Assembly (NCBI GenBank): GCA_026387335.1
Contig: JAPLLX010000001.1
Coordinates: 170,620 to 234,619 of the forward strand
Reading direction: 5' to 3'
From: Candidatus Omnitrophota bacterium
GTDB lineage: Bacteria; Omnitrophota; Gorgyraeia; Gygaellales; Profunditerraquicolaceae
Length of the DNA stretch: 64,000 nucleotides
The first letter of the stretch is position 1; every line of letters begins with the position of its first letter. A program made the position numbers and the translations under genes. The notes under the pieces are model-generated. The model searched no databases, had not been told where the DNA came from, and saw only the letters and a program-made list of their open reading frames with translations. Of this stretch, positions 29,563 to 38,581 are shown one piece after another.

Positions 29563-31016
29563 ACATTCTGGGCTTATCTTGCTTTTATCATGATAGCGCC
29601 GCCTGTTTAACCCGCGATGGAGAGATTACCGCAGCCGCTCAGGAAGAACGTTTTAGCCGCAAAAAATACGACCCTCGTTTTCCTACCCAGGCAATTAACT
29701 GGTGCCTTAAATATAACAATGTTAGTTCCCGCGCTTTAGACCGTATAGCTTGCTGTGGAAATAACCTAAGTCTAATTTTTAATCCAAAAGTAAAATTCTA
29801 TAGCCCCCGGGATGCATACCTGGCTGCGGCTTATTATCCTTCGCCCTTTAAAGAAGCGCTTATTCTGGTTAATGATGTTGATACTGGAGTTATCTTTGGC
29901 CGGAGCGAGGGAGAGAGAATCAGTTTAGTTAAAAATTCCATTTTTAAGTATCCTTTAGGCAAGGTTTATGCGCGAGTTAGCCGTTATTTAGGGTTTGGCG
30001 GATATGGCGATGAATTTAAAGTAATGGGTTTAGCTGCTTATGGTAAGCCAATATATAAAGAGAGATTGCTTCCCGCTTCGGCTTCGCCCCGCGGTCGCAA
30101 TGACATAACACAATTCCATATGGATGTTGCCGCTTCCTTACAGGTGGTAATGGAAGAAGAGGTTTTAAAGATTACCGAATATTTATCCGGGCTTAAAATG
30201 AGCGGTAACCTTTGTTTATCTGGAAATATGGCTTTAAATTGCCTGATTAACGCTAAGATTATAAAACAGGGTCTATTTAAAAATATCTGGATTCAACCTG
30301 CCAGCGCTAACGCCGGATGCGCTCTTGGCGCGGCCCTATTAGCCTGGTATGAGAAGAATAAGCGTAATGATGGCCCTGGAATGGACAAGATGAGCGGTAG
30401 TTTTCTTGGCCCGGATTATAATGAAGATTATATTGAGAATTTTTTAAGAAACGAAGGTATTCTTTATAAGAAATTGTACCATACGGATATTGCAAAAATT
30501 GCGGCAGGGTTGATTGCTCAAGGTAAGGTAGTCGGGTGGTTCCAGGGAAGGGCGGAATTTGGGCCCCGGGCCTTGGGGAACCGTTCTATTCTTGGGGATA
30601 GCCGCGACTTACGTATGCATAAGAAGCTTAACCTTGAGGTAAAAAGGCGCGAGGCTTTCCGGCCGTTTGCTCCGACTGTATTGTGGGAGAAAGCGGGTGA
30701 TTATTTTGAATTAGACAGAGAGGATCCGTTTATGCTGTTTACCGCTCAGGTAAAAGAGGAGAAGAAGGCTGAAATTCCCGCGGTAGTCCATATTGATGGC
30801 TCAAGCCGCGTCCAGACTATAAAAAAAGAAAACAATCCTTTGTATTATGATTTAGTAAATGAATTCTATCAAATTACGGGTTGCCCTGTTATAATAAATA
30901 CGTCGTTTAATAGCGGGCCTGAACCGATGGTTTTAAGCCCCGAAGACGCTTACCGCTGCTTTAAGTCATCGGCGATTGATTGTTTAGTTTTAGGGCGTTA
31001 CTTAGTAGAGAAATGA
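29559..31016 (+). CDS. carbamoyltransferase (NodU/CmcH family)
   Basis: N-terminal NILGLSCFYHDSAACLTRDGEI. GTG start in a GTGA overlap. Confidence 0.85.
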   Translation: MNILGLSCFYHDSAACLTRDGEITAAAQEERFSRKKYDPRFPTQAINWCLKYNNVSSRALDRIACCGNNLSLIFNPKVKFYSPRDAYLAAAYYPSPFKEALILVNDVDTGVIFGRSEGERISLVKNSIFKYPLGKVYARVSRYLGFGGYGDEFKVMGLAAYGKPIYKERLLPASASPRGRNDITQFHMDVAASLQVVMEEEVLKITEYLSGLKMSGNLCLSGNMALNCLINAKIIKQGLFKNIWIQPASANAGCALGAALLAWYEKNKRNDGPGMDKMSGSFLGPDYNEDYIENFLRNEGILYKKLYHTDIAKIAAGLIAQGKVVGWFQGRAEFGPRALGNRSILGDSRDLRMHKKLNLEVKRREAFRPFAPTVLWEKAGDYFELDREDPFMLFTAQVKEEKKAEIPAVVHIDGSSRVQTIKKENNPLYYDLVNEFYQITGCPVIINTSFNSGPEPMVLSPEDAYRCFKSSAIDCLVLGRYLVEK

Positions 31017-31921
31017 TGAAGAATATTTTAGCTATACGTAATGATAGGTTTGGGGAGTTTTTACTCAATATTCCGGCGTTTAGGGCACTTAAAGAAAGTT
31101 TTCCTGGCTCCTTGCTTACTTTGGCGGTAAGCCCAGCGGTTAAAGAGCTAGCGGAATGCGTAGAATATGCTGACCAAGTAGTTATTTGGGATGATGATTT
31201 TGAGAAAAATTTAAGGAAGCAGAAATTTGATACTTGCGTTGTTTTAAATCCTACAAAAGAAGCGCACTGGATAAGTTTTTGGGCGGGGATCCCTAAGCGG
31301 GTTGGTTATAATAGGAAATGGGGCATTTTATTGACCCATAAAATACAGGATAATAAAAACTTAGGCCTCAAGCATGAAGTTGAGTATAATTTGGATTTAG
31401 TTGGTCTAATTGGCGCAAAAACTAGCGATAAGATAGTTCGCTTAGGTAAGTTGCCGCAATATAATAAACCTGAGTATGTGGGAGCGATTGCCGTGCACCC
31501 TTTTACAAGTGATACGCTTAAGCAATGGCCCATTGATAAGTTTAGGCAATTAATAAAACGCTTATCTGAAGAGGCTGGGGTAAAAGTGTTGGTTGTCGGT
31601 AGGGATGAAGTCATCGGCAGAGAATATTTTGATAACCTAGGTAGTAGTATTATAAACTTGGTTAACAGGACCTCGCTTGTTGAATTGGCCCAGATCCTTA
31701 AACAATGCAAGTTATTGGTAACTTGTGACAGCGGGCCGATGCATTTGGCCGCGGCAGTGGGGATACCAGTGGTGGCGTTATTTCGAAATGATTTAGCGGG
31801 TAAAACGCCTAAGCGCTGGGGGCCTTGGGGCAAGAGGCATGTGGTGATTGAAAAAGGCCAACTTACAGATATAAGCGTTGAAGAAGTACTTGACAAAGCC
31901 AAATATATCAGGTATAGTTAG
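31013..31921 (+). CDS. glycosyltransferase family 9 (heptosyltransferase-like)
   Basis: ILAIRNDRFGEFLLNIPAFRALKESFP is the GT9 N-terminal signature. ATG overlaps the upstream stop. Confidence 0.75.
   Translation: MMKNILAIRNDRFGEFLLNIPAFRALKESFPGSLLTLAVSPAVKELAECVEYADQVVIWDDDFEKNLRKQKFDTCVVLNPTKEAHWISFWAGIPKRVGYNRKWGILLTHKIQDNKNLGLKHEVEYNLDLVGLIGAKTSDKIVRLGKLPQYNKPEYVGAIAVHPFTSDTLKQWPIDKFRQLIKRLSEEAGVKVLVVGRDEVIGREYFDNLGSSIINLVNRTSLVELAQILKQCKLLVTCDSGPMHLAAAVGIPVVALFRNDLAGKTPKRWGPWGKRHVVIEKGQLTDISVEEVLDKAKYIRYS
31890..31918 (+). promoter_or_regulatory. sigma-70-like promoter TTGACA-17-TATAGT for the AbiEi-like gene
   Basis: TTGACA at 31890-31895, a 17-nt spacer, and TATAGT at 31913-31918. 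The -10 lies inside the palindrome. Confidence 0.55.
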
Positions 31922-31947
31922 TTAACAGTTTTGTTAACTAACTATAC
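31912..31947. promoter_or_regulatory. perfect 16-bp inverted repeat (36-bp palindrome) GTATAGTTAGTTAACA-gttt-TGTTAACTAACTATAC; candidate autoregulatory operator or terminator
   Basis: Read directly. It overlaps the -10 and ends 4 nt before the ATG at 31952. Confidence 0.7.
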
Positions 31948-31951
31948 TCAG

Positions 31952-32545
31952 ATGAACTACACAAAAATTAAGTTATTAAATAAGCTTTACTTTAGCTACC
32001 GGGATATTTCAAGGGTGTTTGGCATATCTCCTGGCTCAGGGCGCGTTGCGGCTACAAGGTTGGTAAAAAGCGGCGACATCACCAGAGTTAAGAGGGATTT
32101 TTATATATTAAGCCAGAGATGGAGCTCTTCTTCTCTGGAAGACCGGTTTATTTTAGCTAACCTACTCCAAGTCCCTTCCTATATATCACTTATGACCGCT
32201 TTAAGTTATTATGAGATCACTACTCAGGTGCAGCGAGATTTTATAGAATCTGTGGGTTACTATAGGACTAAGCTGGTTGAAGTTAAGGAAAGTAGTTTCA
32301 ATTACAGTAAAATAAATAGAAAATTATATTTTGGGTTCGCAAAAATTAAGGGATTTTTTATCGCTAGCCCGGAAAAGGCGTTTCTTGACGCGATCTATCT
32401 TAAGTCTTTAAAAAAATATAATTTTGACCTTACGTCTATTGATCCTAGCAAGTTGAATATTAAGCGGATTAAACTAATGTCCGGAAAATATCCGTTATTA
32501 ACCAGGAAACTATTATTAAAATATGGATATCTTAAGAAAACATGA
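31952..32545 (+). CDS. AbiEi-like antitoxin / winged-HTH transcriptional regulator
   Basis: N-terminal wHTH signature ISRVFGISPGSGRVAATRLVKSGDITRVKRDFYIL. It is immediately upstream of the NTase gene. Confidence 0.6.
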   Translation: MNYTKIKLLNKLYFSYRDISRVFGISPGSGRVAATRLVKSGDITRVKRDFYILSQRWSSSSLEDRFILANLLQVPSYISLMTALSYYEITTQVQRDFIESVGYYRTKLVEVKESSFNYSKINRKLYFGFAKIKGFFIASPEKAFLDAIYLKSLKKYNFDLTSIDPSKLNIKRIKLMSGKYPLLTRKLLLKYGYLKKT

Positions 32546-33191
32546 AATATTTGAGATAGAGGTCCTGGAAAAGCTCAAGAATGGAGATTTCTTGAGGCCG
32601 CTTATTTTTATCGGCGGCACAATGCTTAGGCTTTGTTATGAGCTGAGCCGCTATTCCACGGATCTTGATTTCTGGTTTGTTAAAAAAACAGACCAAAAGG
32701 GTTATTTTAATAAACTCAAAAGTTATTTGAGCGGGTTTTATGAAGTTACTGACGCGCAGTTAAAGTTTAATAGCTTGCTTTTAGAGCTACGCAGTAAGAA
32801 TTATCCCAAGCGGCTTAAAATTGAAATCAGGAAAGAGCTTAGGGAGTGTGATATTCAGGAAAGAATCGCCTTTTCAAAATATAGCACTAACCAAGTTGTT
32901 TTAAGGGTGATTGTCCTGGAAGAAGCAATGAAGTATAAGATTATGGCGGCTTTAGATAGAAAAGATATAAGAGATTTTTTTGATTTGGAGTTTTTGCTGC
33001 GGCAAGGTGTTGAGCTTAAGGCCAAAAGCAGTGATTTAGAAGCCTTGAGGGATATTGCAGAGGGTTTTAAAGATAAGGATTATAAGGTCGTTTTAGGCTC
33101 GCTTTTGGAGGCAGATTTGCGTAATTATTACGTGAAGAATAAATTTGAATTCTTAATAGCGAAGATAGATAACTTGGGGAAGAAAATATGA
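32523..33191 (+). CDS. AbiEii/AbiGii-family nucleotidyltransferase (putative type IV TA toxin)
   Basis: FIGGTMLRLCYELSRYSTDLDFWF is the Pol-beta NTase G[GS]...DhD motif of the DUF1814/AbiEii family. Confidence 0.65.
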   Translation: MDILRKHEIFEIEVLEKLKNGDFLRPLIFIGGTMLRLCYELSRYSTDLDFWFVKKTDQKGYFNKLKSYLSGFYEVTDAQLKFNSLLLELRSKNYPKRLKIEIRKELRECDIQERIAFSKYSTNQVVLRVIVLEEAMKYKIMAALDRKDIRDFFDLEFLLRQGVELKAKSSDLEALRDIAEGFKDKDYKVVLGSLLEADLRNYYVKNKFEFLIAKIDNLGKKI

Positions 33192-34582
33192 ATTACGCGG
33201 TGATTTTAGCAGGAGGGGTGGGAAGCAGATTCTGGCCTTTTTCGCGTGAGCTCGAGCCAAAGCAGTTTATGCGCCTGATTGGCGAAGAAAGCCTGCTGCA
33301 GTCCACATTTAAGCGCCTGAAGGGCATAGTTACGCCCAAGAATACCTTTATTATTACAAATGATATCTATTTTTATGAATTATTAAATCAGATAAAGGGC
33401 TATGGGATACCGGAAGGCAATATTATCCTGGAGCCTGAAGGAAAAAATACCGCTCCGGCAATCGGCCTTTGCGCGAAATTAATCTCTAAACTTGATAAAA
33501 ACGCAACTTTAATAGTTTTGCCAGCTGACCATTATATAAAAGGCCTGTTTAATTTTAAGAGAGCTATTAAAAATGCGATTGAAGCGGCGCGCAATGATTT
33601 ATTAGTTACTATTGGGATTAAGCCGAATAAGCCTTCAACAGCGTATGGGTATATAAAAATAAAGTCAAAAGTCAAAAGTCAAAAGTCAAAAGTCTATTCC
33701 GTGGAGAAATTTCTGGAGAAGCCGGGTTTAGATAAAGCGAAAAAATACTTAAAAGATAAAAGTTTCTTCTGGAACAGCGGGATGTTTATCTGGAAGGCGG
33801 ATATATTTTTAGGAGAGGTAAAGAAATATTTGCCGGATTTGTTCAAACGTCTGGATTCCATAAAATCAGTAAATGATATTAAGAAAATCTGGCCGAAGAT
33901 AAAATCAATCTCGGTTGATTATGGGATAATGGAGCATTCTAAGAAGATCGCGCTTATTCCGGCAAACTTTTATTGGACGGATTTGGGAAGTTGGGATGCG
34001 CTGGCGGAAATATTGCCGAAAGATAAGAAGGGGAATATTACTAACAGCGATACTTTGAATGTGGATAGCCAGGGCGTATGCGTATTTTCCAGAGGCAACA
34101 GGTTGGTTTCAACCATCGGTGTTAATAATATGGTTATCGCGGATACCCCAGATGCTTTGTTAGTTTGTGACAGGAATAGGACTCAGGATGTGAAACAGCT
34201 GGTGGAGAGGTTAAAGACGCTTAAGCGTAAAGAGCATCAGGTGCATTTGACTGAACGTAGGCCTTGGGGGTCGTTTACTGTTTTGCAGGAGGGGCCAGGT
34301 TTTAAGATCAAGCTTATTGAGCTTGCGCCAAAAAAACGCCTTAGTCTACAAAGACATAAAAATCGCGCTGAGCATTGGGTAGTAGTTTCCGGTATGGCCA
34401 AGACAACTCGCGCCGGCAAGGTTTCATTTGTGCGCAGTAATGAGAGTGTGTATATACCTAAGGGTAGGAAGCATCGCTTGGAAAATCCTTTGCGTATACC
34501 TTTGAAGATTGTGGAAGTGCAAACAGGCGCGTATTTGGAAGAGGATGATATTGAGAGATTTGAGGATGATTTTAAAAGGTAA
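33188..34582 (+). CDS. manC: mannose-1-phosphate guanylyltransferase / mannose-6-phosphate isomerase (bifunctional ManC)
   Basis: N-terminal NTP-transferase domain (ILAGGVGSRFWPFS) and C-terminal cupin PMI domain. ATGA overlap with the upstream NTase gene. Confidence 0.8.
   Translation: MNYAVILAGGVGSRFWPFSRELEPKQFMRLIGEESLLQSTFKRLKGIVTPKNTFIITNDIYFYELLNQIKGYGIPEGNIILEPEGKNTAPAIGLCAKLISKLDKNATLIVLPADHYIKGLFNFKRAIKNAIEAARNDLLVTIGIKPNKPSTAYGYIKIKSKVKSQKSKVYSVEKFLEKPGLDKAKKYLKDKSFFWNSGMFIWKADIFLGEVKKYLPDLFKRLDSIKSVNDIKKIWPKIKSISVDYGIMEHSKKIALIPANFYWTDLGSWDALAEILPKDKKGNITNSDTLNVDSQGVCVFSRGNRLVSTIGVNNMVIADTPDALLVCDRNRTQDVKQLVERLKTLKRKEHQVHLTERRPWGSFTVLQEGPGFKIKLIELAPKKRLSLQRHKNRAEHWVVVSGMAKTTRAGKVSFVRSNESVYIPKGRKHRLENPLRIPLKIVEVQTGAYLEEDDIERFEDDFKR
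33661..33694 (+). repeat. heptanucleotide tandem repeat (AAAGTCA/AAAAGTC) x about 4.9, inside the manC coding sequence
   Basis: Read directly: aaagtcaaaagtcaaaagtcaaaagtcaaaagtc. It encodes KSKVKSQKSKV. Confidence 0.8.
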
Positions 34583-34595
34583 ACCAGATTATTAG

Positions 34596-34624
34596 TTGAC
34601 ATAAGTTATACAACAATATATATT
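34596..34624 (+). promoter_or_regulatory. sigma-70-like promoter TTGACA-17-TATATT
   Basis: TTGACA at 34596-34601 and TATATT at 34619-34624. It overlaps an inverted repeat. Confidence 0.55.
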
Positions 34625-34646
34625 ACTATATACATTGTTGTATAAC
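34605..34646. promoter_or_regulatory. inverted repeat GTTATACAACAAT ... ATTGTTGTATAAC (13 bp perfect, extendable to 19 bp with 1 mismatch); candidate operator
   Basis: Read directly. It lies between the -35 and the RBS of the small gene. Confidence 0.6.
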
Positions 34647-34659
34647 AGGAGTGTGTTAT

Positions 34660-34980
34660 ATGAGAGGCTTAATTAAGGGTGTGTTGTCAGAAGAATTGGG
34701 TAACTCTCTGCGTATGAAAAAAAGATATGTAGAGGAGCTCGATAAGCTTCCTAAGGGGTGCCTCTCCCGTAAAAAAATTAAAGGACACTATTATTTTTAT
34801 TTAGTTCAAAGACATAAAGGTAAGTTTCTATACAATTATAAGGGTAGGCTTTCGCCCGATGAAGTTAAAAAACATAAGTCTTTACAGCTTAAGCGCGCGG
34901 GTTACCGTAAGTCTTTAAGCAAACTAAATAAACAGATTAAGTTTTTACGGAGTACTTTACGTGGAAAACAGCCAGTATAA
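34660..34980 (+). CDS. small basic protein (possible antitoxin/DNA-binding partner)
   Basis: ATG 34660 lies 8 nt after AGGAG. 106 aa, Lys/Arg-rich. Confidence 0.45.
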   Translation: MRGLIKGVLSEELGNSLRMKKRYVEELDKLPKGCLSRKKIKGHYYFYLVQRHKGKFLYNYKGRLSPDEVKKHKSLQLKRAGYRKSLSKLNKQIKFLRSTLRGKQPV

Positions 34981-35641
34981 ATTATGTACAGAAGTCTTAA
35001 AAAGGCTGGATGGTTCTGGGATATTAAAACACTTAGTTCTTATTGGAAGCTGGTGCGTTCCTTTTTATAAAGAATATTTTTCAGATGTAGAGTATTCTAC
35101 TTCTATAACAACCAGAGATCTCGATTTCTTTGTTCCCCTACCGCTTGTAACAAAAAACAAAATTGATATTGAGAAATTGTTAGATGGACTTGGTTTTGTC
35201 ATTGATTTTAAGGGTTCTGACGGTTACATTAAGTTATACCATCCTGAGCTTATTCTAGAGTTTCTGGTTACGGAAAAAGGCGTGGGTTTAAATAAGCCTT
35301 ATAAATTGGATCAACTTGGGATTAATGCCCAGCCTTTACGGTTTCTTAATTTACTTACAGCGAAACTTATAAATGTTATGGTTGAAGGAATTAGAATTAA
35401 TTTGCCTCATCCCGCCCTTTTTGCTTTACACAAGTTGATTGTATCAGATAGAAGGATAAAAAAGGACAAAAAAGTCAAAGATTTAGATACGGCAATTAGA
35501 ATAATAAGGGCATTGCTTGATAAAGGCGAAGCTAATAAATTGAAATTTTTCTTTATGGGTTTTACTCCTAAGTTGCGTAACAGAATTACGGCTGTATTGA
35601 AAGATGACGGCCAATTAGATTTAGTGGATGTGCTTATATGA
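34961..35641 (+). CDS. nucleotidyltransferase-fold protein (second NTase, TA-toxin-like)
   Basis: LIGSWCVPFY ... TTRDLDFFVP carries the NTase G-S ... D-x-D motif. Confidence 0.5.
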   Translation: MENSQYKLCTEVLKRLDGSGILKHLVLIGSWCVPFYKEYFSDVEYSTSITTRDLDFFVPLPLVTKNKIDIEKLLDGLGFVIDFKGSDGYIKLYHPELILEFLVTEKGVGLNKPYKLDQLGINAQPLRFLNLLTAKLINVMVEGIRINLPHPALFALHKLIVSDRRIKKDKKVKDLDTAIRIIRALLDKGEANKLKFFFMGFTPKLRNRITAVLKDDGQLDLVDVLI

Positions 35642-36708
35642 TAAAATTGTTAATTATTAACCCTTTTGGCATCGGAGATGTTTTATTCACCACGCCGGTA
35701 ATCAAGGCGATAAAGGAAAAATACGGGAATAGTTTTATCGGTTACTGGTGTAATCGCAGAGTGCGGCCATTATTGGAAGCAAACCCTGGAATCAACAAGC
35801 TTTTTGATTTAAACCGGGGGGATCTTAAAAAAATATACCAAGAATCATTTTTTAGCGGGCTTGGGGAAACTTTAAAGCTCGGATGGGAGATTAAAAAAGG
35901 TAACTTTGACATTTGTTTTGACTTTTCGCTGGACTACCGCTATAGTTTATTTGCAAAAATAATCGGCATACGCAAAAGAATAGGTTTTAATTATAAGGGC
36001 CGGGGCAGGTTTCTTACGGATAGAGTTGATTTAGATGGTTATAGCGCTAAGCATGTTGTGGAGTATTATCTGGGGTTGCTTAGCTTTCTGGGTATAGAAA
36101 CAGAAGATAAATCTTTGGATTTGATTGTTTCTTCTGTTGCTCAAACAAAGGCTCAGAATATACTTAGCTCAAAAGGGATTGAAAGAGGCGACTTGTTGGT
36201 TGGTATTGCTCCCGGAGCCGGCGGGAGTTGGGGTAAGGACGCAAGTTACAAGCATTGGCCGCCATTAAAGTTCGCCCAGGTAGCGGATAAACTTATGGAT
36301 AAATTTAAAGTAAAAGTAGTAATTCTGGGAGATGAAACCGAACAGCCAATTTCGGATGTAATTATTAATTCTATGCGCCAAAAACCCATAGATTTGACCG
36401 GAAAGATTAAGCTGGAGGTACTCCCGGCAATAATCAAAAGTTTAAACCTTTTGCTATCCAATGACGGCGGACCGATGCATATGGCCGTTGCTTTAGGTAT
36501 AAAAACTGTTTCGGTATTCGGGCCGGTGAGCGAGCGGGTTTACGGGCCGTATCCGGATAGCCGCAACCACGTAGTTTTAAAATGGGATATGGAGTGCCGG
36601 CCATGCTATAAGAATTTTAGGCTACCCGTTTGCGATAAAGATAAGGAATGCTTGAGGCAGGTGAGCGCTGATGCGGTGTTTGATGCAGCGGAAAGGTTGT
36701 TAAGTTAA
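35638..36708 (+). CDS. glycosyltransferase family 9 (heptosyltransferase-like), second copy
   Basis: IINPFGIGDVLFTTPVIKAIKE is the GT9 signature. Confidence 0.75.
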   Translation: MIKLLIINPFGIGDVLFTTPVIKAIKEKYGNSFIGYWCNRRVRPLLEANPGINKLFDLNRGDLKKIYQESFFSGLGETLKLGWEIKKGNFDICFDFSLDYRYSLFAKIIGIRKRIGFNYKGRGRFLTDRVDLDGYSAKHVVEYYLGLLSFLGIETEDKSLDLIVSSVAQTKAQNILSSKGIERGDLLVGIAPGAGGSWGKDASYKHWPPLKFAQVADKLMDKFKVKVVILGDETEQPISDVIINSMRQKPIDLTGKIKLEVLPAIIKSLNLLLSNDGGPMHMAVALGIKTVSVFGPVSERVYGPYPDSRNHVVLKWDMECRPCYKNFRLPVCDKDKECLRQVSADAVFDAAERLLS

Positions 36709-36717
36709 GAGGGATTA

Positions 36718-37836
36718 ATGAAAATATCTGCGTTAGATCTTAAGAGACAAATTGCGCCGATTCGCCAGGAAATAGACGCGGCGATAAAAGGGGTAATTGA
36801 TAATACCAGTTTTATCCTTGGAGCTCAGGTTGAAAAGTTTGAGCAGCATATTGCGCAATATTCTGGGGCAAAATACGCAATTGGGGTTTCCAATGGAACT
36901 GATGCTCTAGCGCTGGCTTTGATGGCGTTGGGGATTAAAGCCGGAGACGGGGTGATCTGCCCTACGTTTACCTACTACGCTACGGCAGGGGCAGTGGCCA
37001 GTATCGGGGCGCGGCCGGTTTTTGCGGATATTGACAGGGATACTTATAACATTTCTATAGAGAGCGTTGAGAAGATTTTAACTAAGAAAAATAAACTTAA
37101 AATAAAAGCAATTATCCCGGTGCATCTTTACGGCCAATGCGCGGATATGGACGGGATTCTAAAGTTGTCCCGTAAATATAAATTAAAGGTTATTGAAGAC
37201 GCGGCTCAAAGCTTTGGCGCGGAGTATCGAGGTAGGAAAGCCGGCACGTTGGGAGATTGCGGCGCAGTGAGTTTTTATCCGGGTAAAAACCTTGGCGCTT
37301 TCGGGGATGCTGGATTAATTTTAACAAATAATAAAGCTGTCGCTGAAAAATTAAAAATCCTGCGTAATCAAGGAAATGAGAATAAATATTATCATTTAGT
37401 TTTAGGTAGGAATAATCGTATGGATACAATTCAGGCAGTTGTACTGGATGTAAAGCTGAAGTATTTGGATGCCTGGAATAAAAGAAGGCTGGAGATCGCG
37501 CAGTATTATAATAAAAATCTGGCGGGAGTAGCGATAAAGACCCCGTTTGTGCCTAGCTATACCACGCATATTTATCATCAGTATACATTGAGGGCATTTA
37601 AATCCAACAAGAAATTCATGGATTATTTACAGGAAAAAGGGATTGACTCGCGCGTATTTTATCCGATGCCGCTACATTTACAGATTTGTTTTAAGTATTT
37701 AGGATATAAAAGAGGGGATTTTCCGGAAGCTGAAAAAGCCGCGGGGCAGATTCTGACTCTGCCTATTGACCCGGAACTTAGCCGTAAGGAATTAGATTAT
37801 ATTGTTCAAACTGTGAAGGAGTATATGCATGGTTAA
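36718..37836 (+). CDS. DegT/DnrJ/EryC1/StrS-family PLP-dependent sugar aminotransferase
   Basis: SFYPGKNLGAFGDAG, with the catalytic Lys retained. Confidence 0.8.
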   Translation: MKISALDLKRQIAPIRQEIDAAIKGVIDNTSFILGAQVEKFEQHIAQYSGAKYAIGVSNGTDALALALMALGIKAGDGVICPTFTYYATAGAVASIGARPVFADIDRDTYNISIESVEKILTKKNKLKIKAIIPVHLYGQCADMDGILKLSRKYKLKVIEDAAQSFGAEYRGRKAGTLGDCGAVSFYPGKNLGAFGDAGLILTNNKAVAEKLKILRNQGNENKYYHLVLGRNNRMDTIQAVVLDVKLKYLDAWNKRRLEIAQYYNKNLAGVAIKTPFVPSYTTHIYHQYTLRAFKSNKKFMDYLQEKGIDSRVFYPMPLHLQICFKYLGYKRGDFPEAEKAAGQILTLPIDPELSRKELDYIVQTVKEYMHG

Positions 37837-38581
37837 TTTATCGGTTGTCGTATTGACTAAGAATGAAGAGTCTTGTATTGCCGAGTGCTTAGAGTCAGTG
37901 AAGTGGGCAAATGAAATTATTGTGGTAGATGATGAGAGTACGGATAAGACTGTTGAGATTGTCAAAAGATATACCACTAAAATTTTTCATCGCAAGATGG
38001 GTATTGAAGGAAAACACCGGAATTGGGCGTATGAACAGGCAGCTAATTTGTGGGTATTAAGCTTGGATGCTGACGAAAAGGTCACTCCGGAATTAAAAAT
38101 TGAAATTGAAGAAGCGATTAAGTCCCAGGAATTTATTGCATTTGATATACCGTTGCGTAATTACATCGGCAACTATTGGGTAAAATATGGCGGATGGTAT
38201 CCGGCGTCCAAGGTAAGGCTTTTTAGGAAGGATAAGTTTAAGTATGAAGAAGCAGAGGTCCACCCTCGGATAATCCTGGATGGAAAATGCGGCCACTTAA
38301 AAAGCGATATTATCCACAAGGGTTATCCGGATCTAGAGCATTTTATGAATAGTGTTAACCGGCAGTCAACCTTAGAGGCGAAGAAATGGATAAATACCGG
38401 ACGGAAAATGACTTTACTCTGGATTACCTGGCGCACAGTGGATAGATTTTTTAGGAGATATTTTGGCAAAAAAGGGTATAAAGACGGAATATATGGGTTT
38501 GTGATTGCTTATTTTGATTCATTGTATCAGATATTAAGTTACGTCAAGTTCAGAGAAATGCAGAAACAATTAAAAAAATGA
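37829..38581 (+). CDS. glycosyltransferase family 2
   Basis: LSVVVLTKNEE ... IIVVDDESTD ... LDADE. Confidence 0.7.
   Translation: MVNLSVVVLTKNEESCIAECLESVKWANEIIVVDDESTDKTVEIVKRYTTKIFHRKMGIEGKHRNWAYEQAANLWVLSLDADEKVTPELKIEIEEAIKSQEFIAFDIPLRNYIGNYWVKYGGWYPASKVRLFRKDKFKYEEAEVHPRIILDGKCGHLKSDIIHKGYPDLEHFMNSVNRQSTLEAKKWINTGRKMTLLWITWRTVDRFFRRYFGKKGYKDGIYGFVIAYFDSLYQILSYVKFREMQKQLKK

Noticed and set aside
31888-31900. Identical 13-mer ACTTGACAAAGCC at 31888 and 52189 (both providing a -35 TTGACA)
   Set aside because: Roughly 30 such 13-mer coincidences are expected by chance in 64 kb. Both are in coding frames of unrelated genes.
31306-31902. Minus-strand 198-aa ORF
   Set aside because: It overlaps the GT9 gene, which carries a clear family signature. 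Composition is Ser/Thr/Leu-rich, typical of antisense reading of a coding frame.
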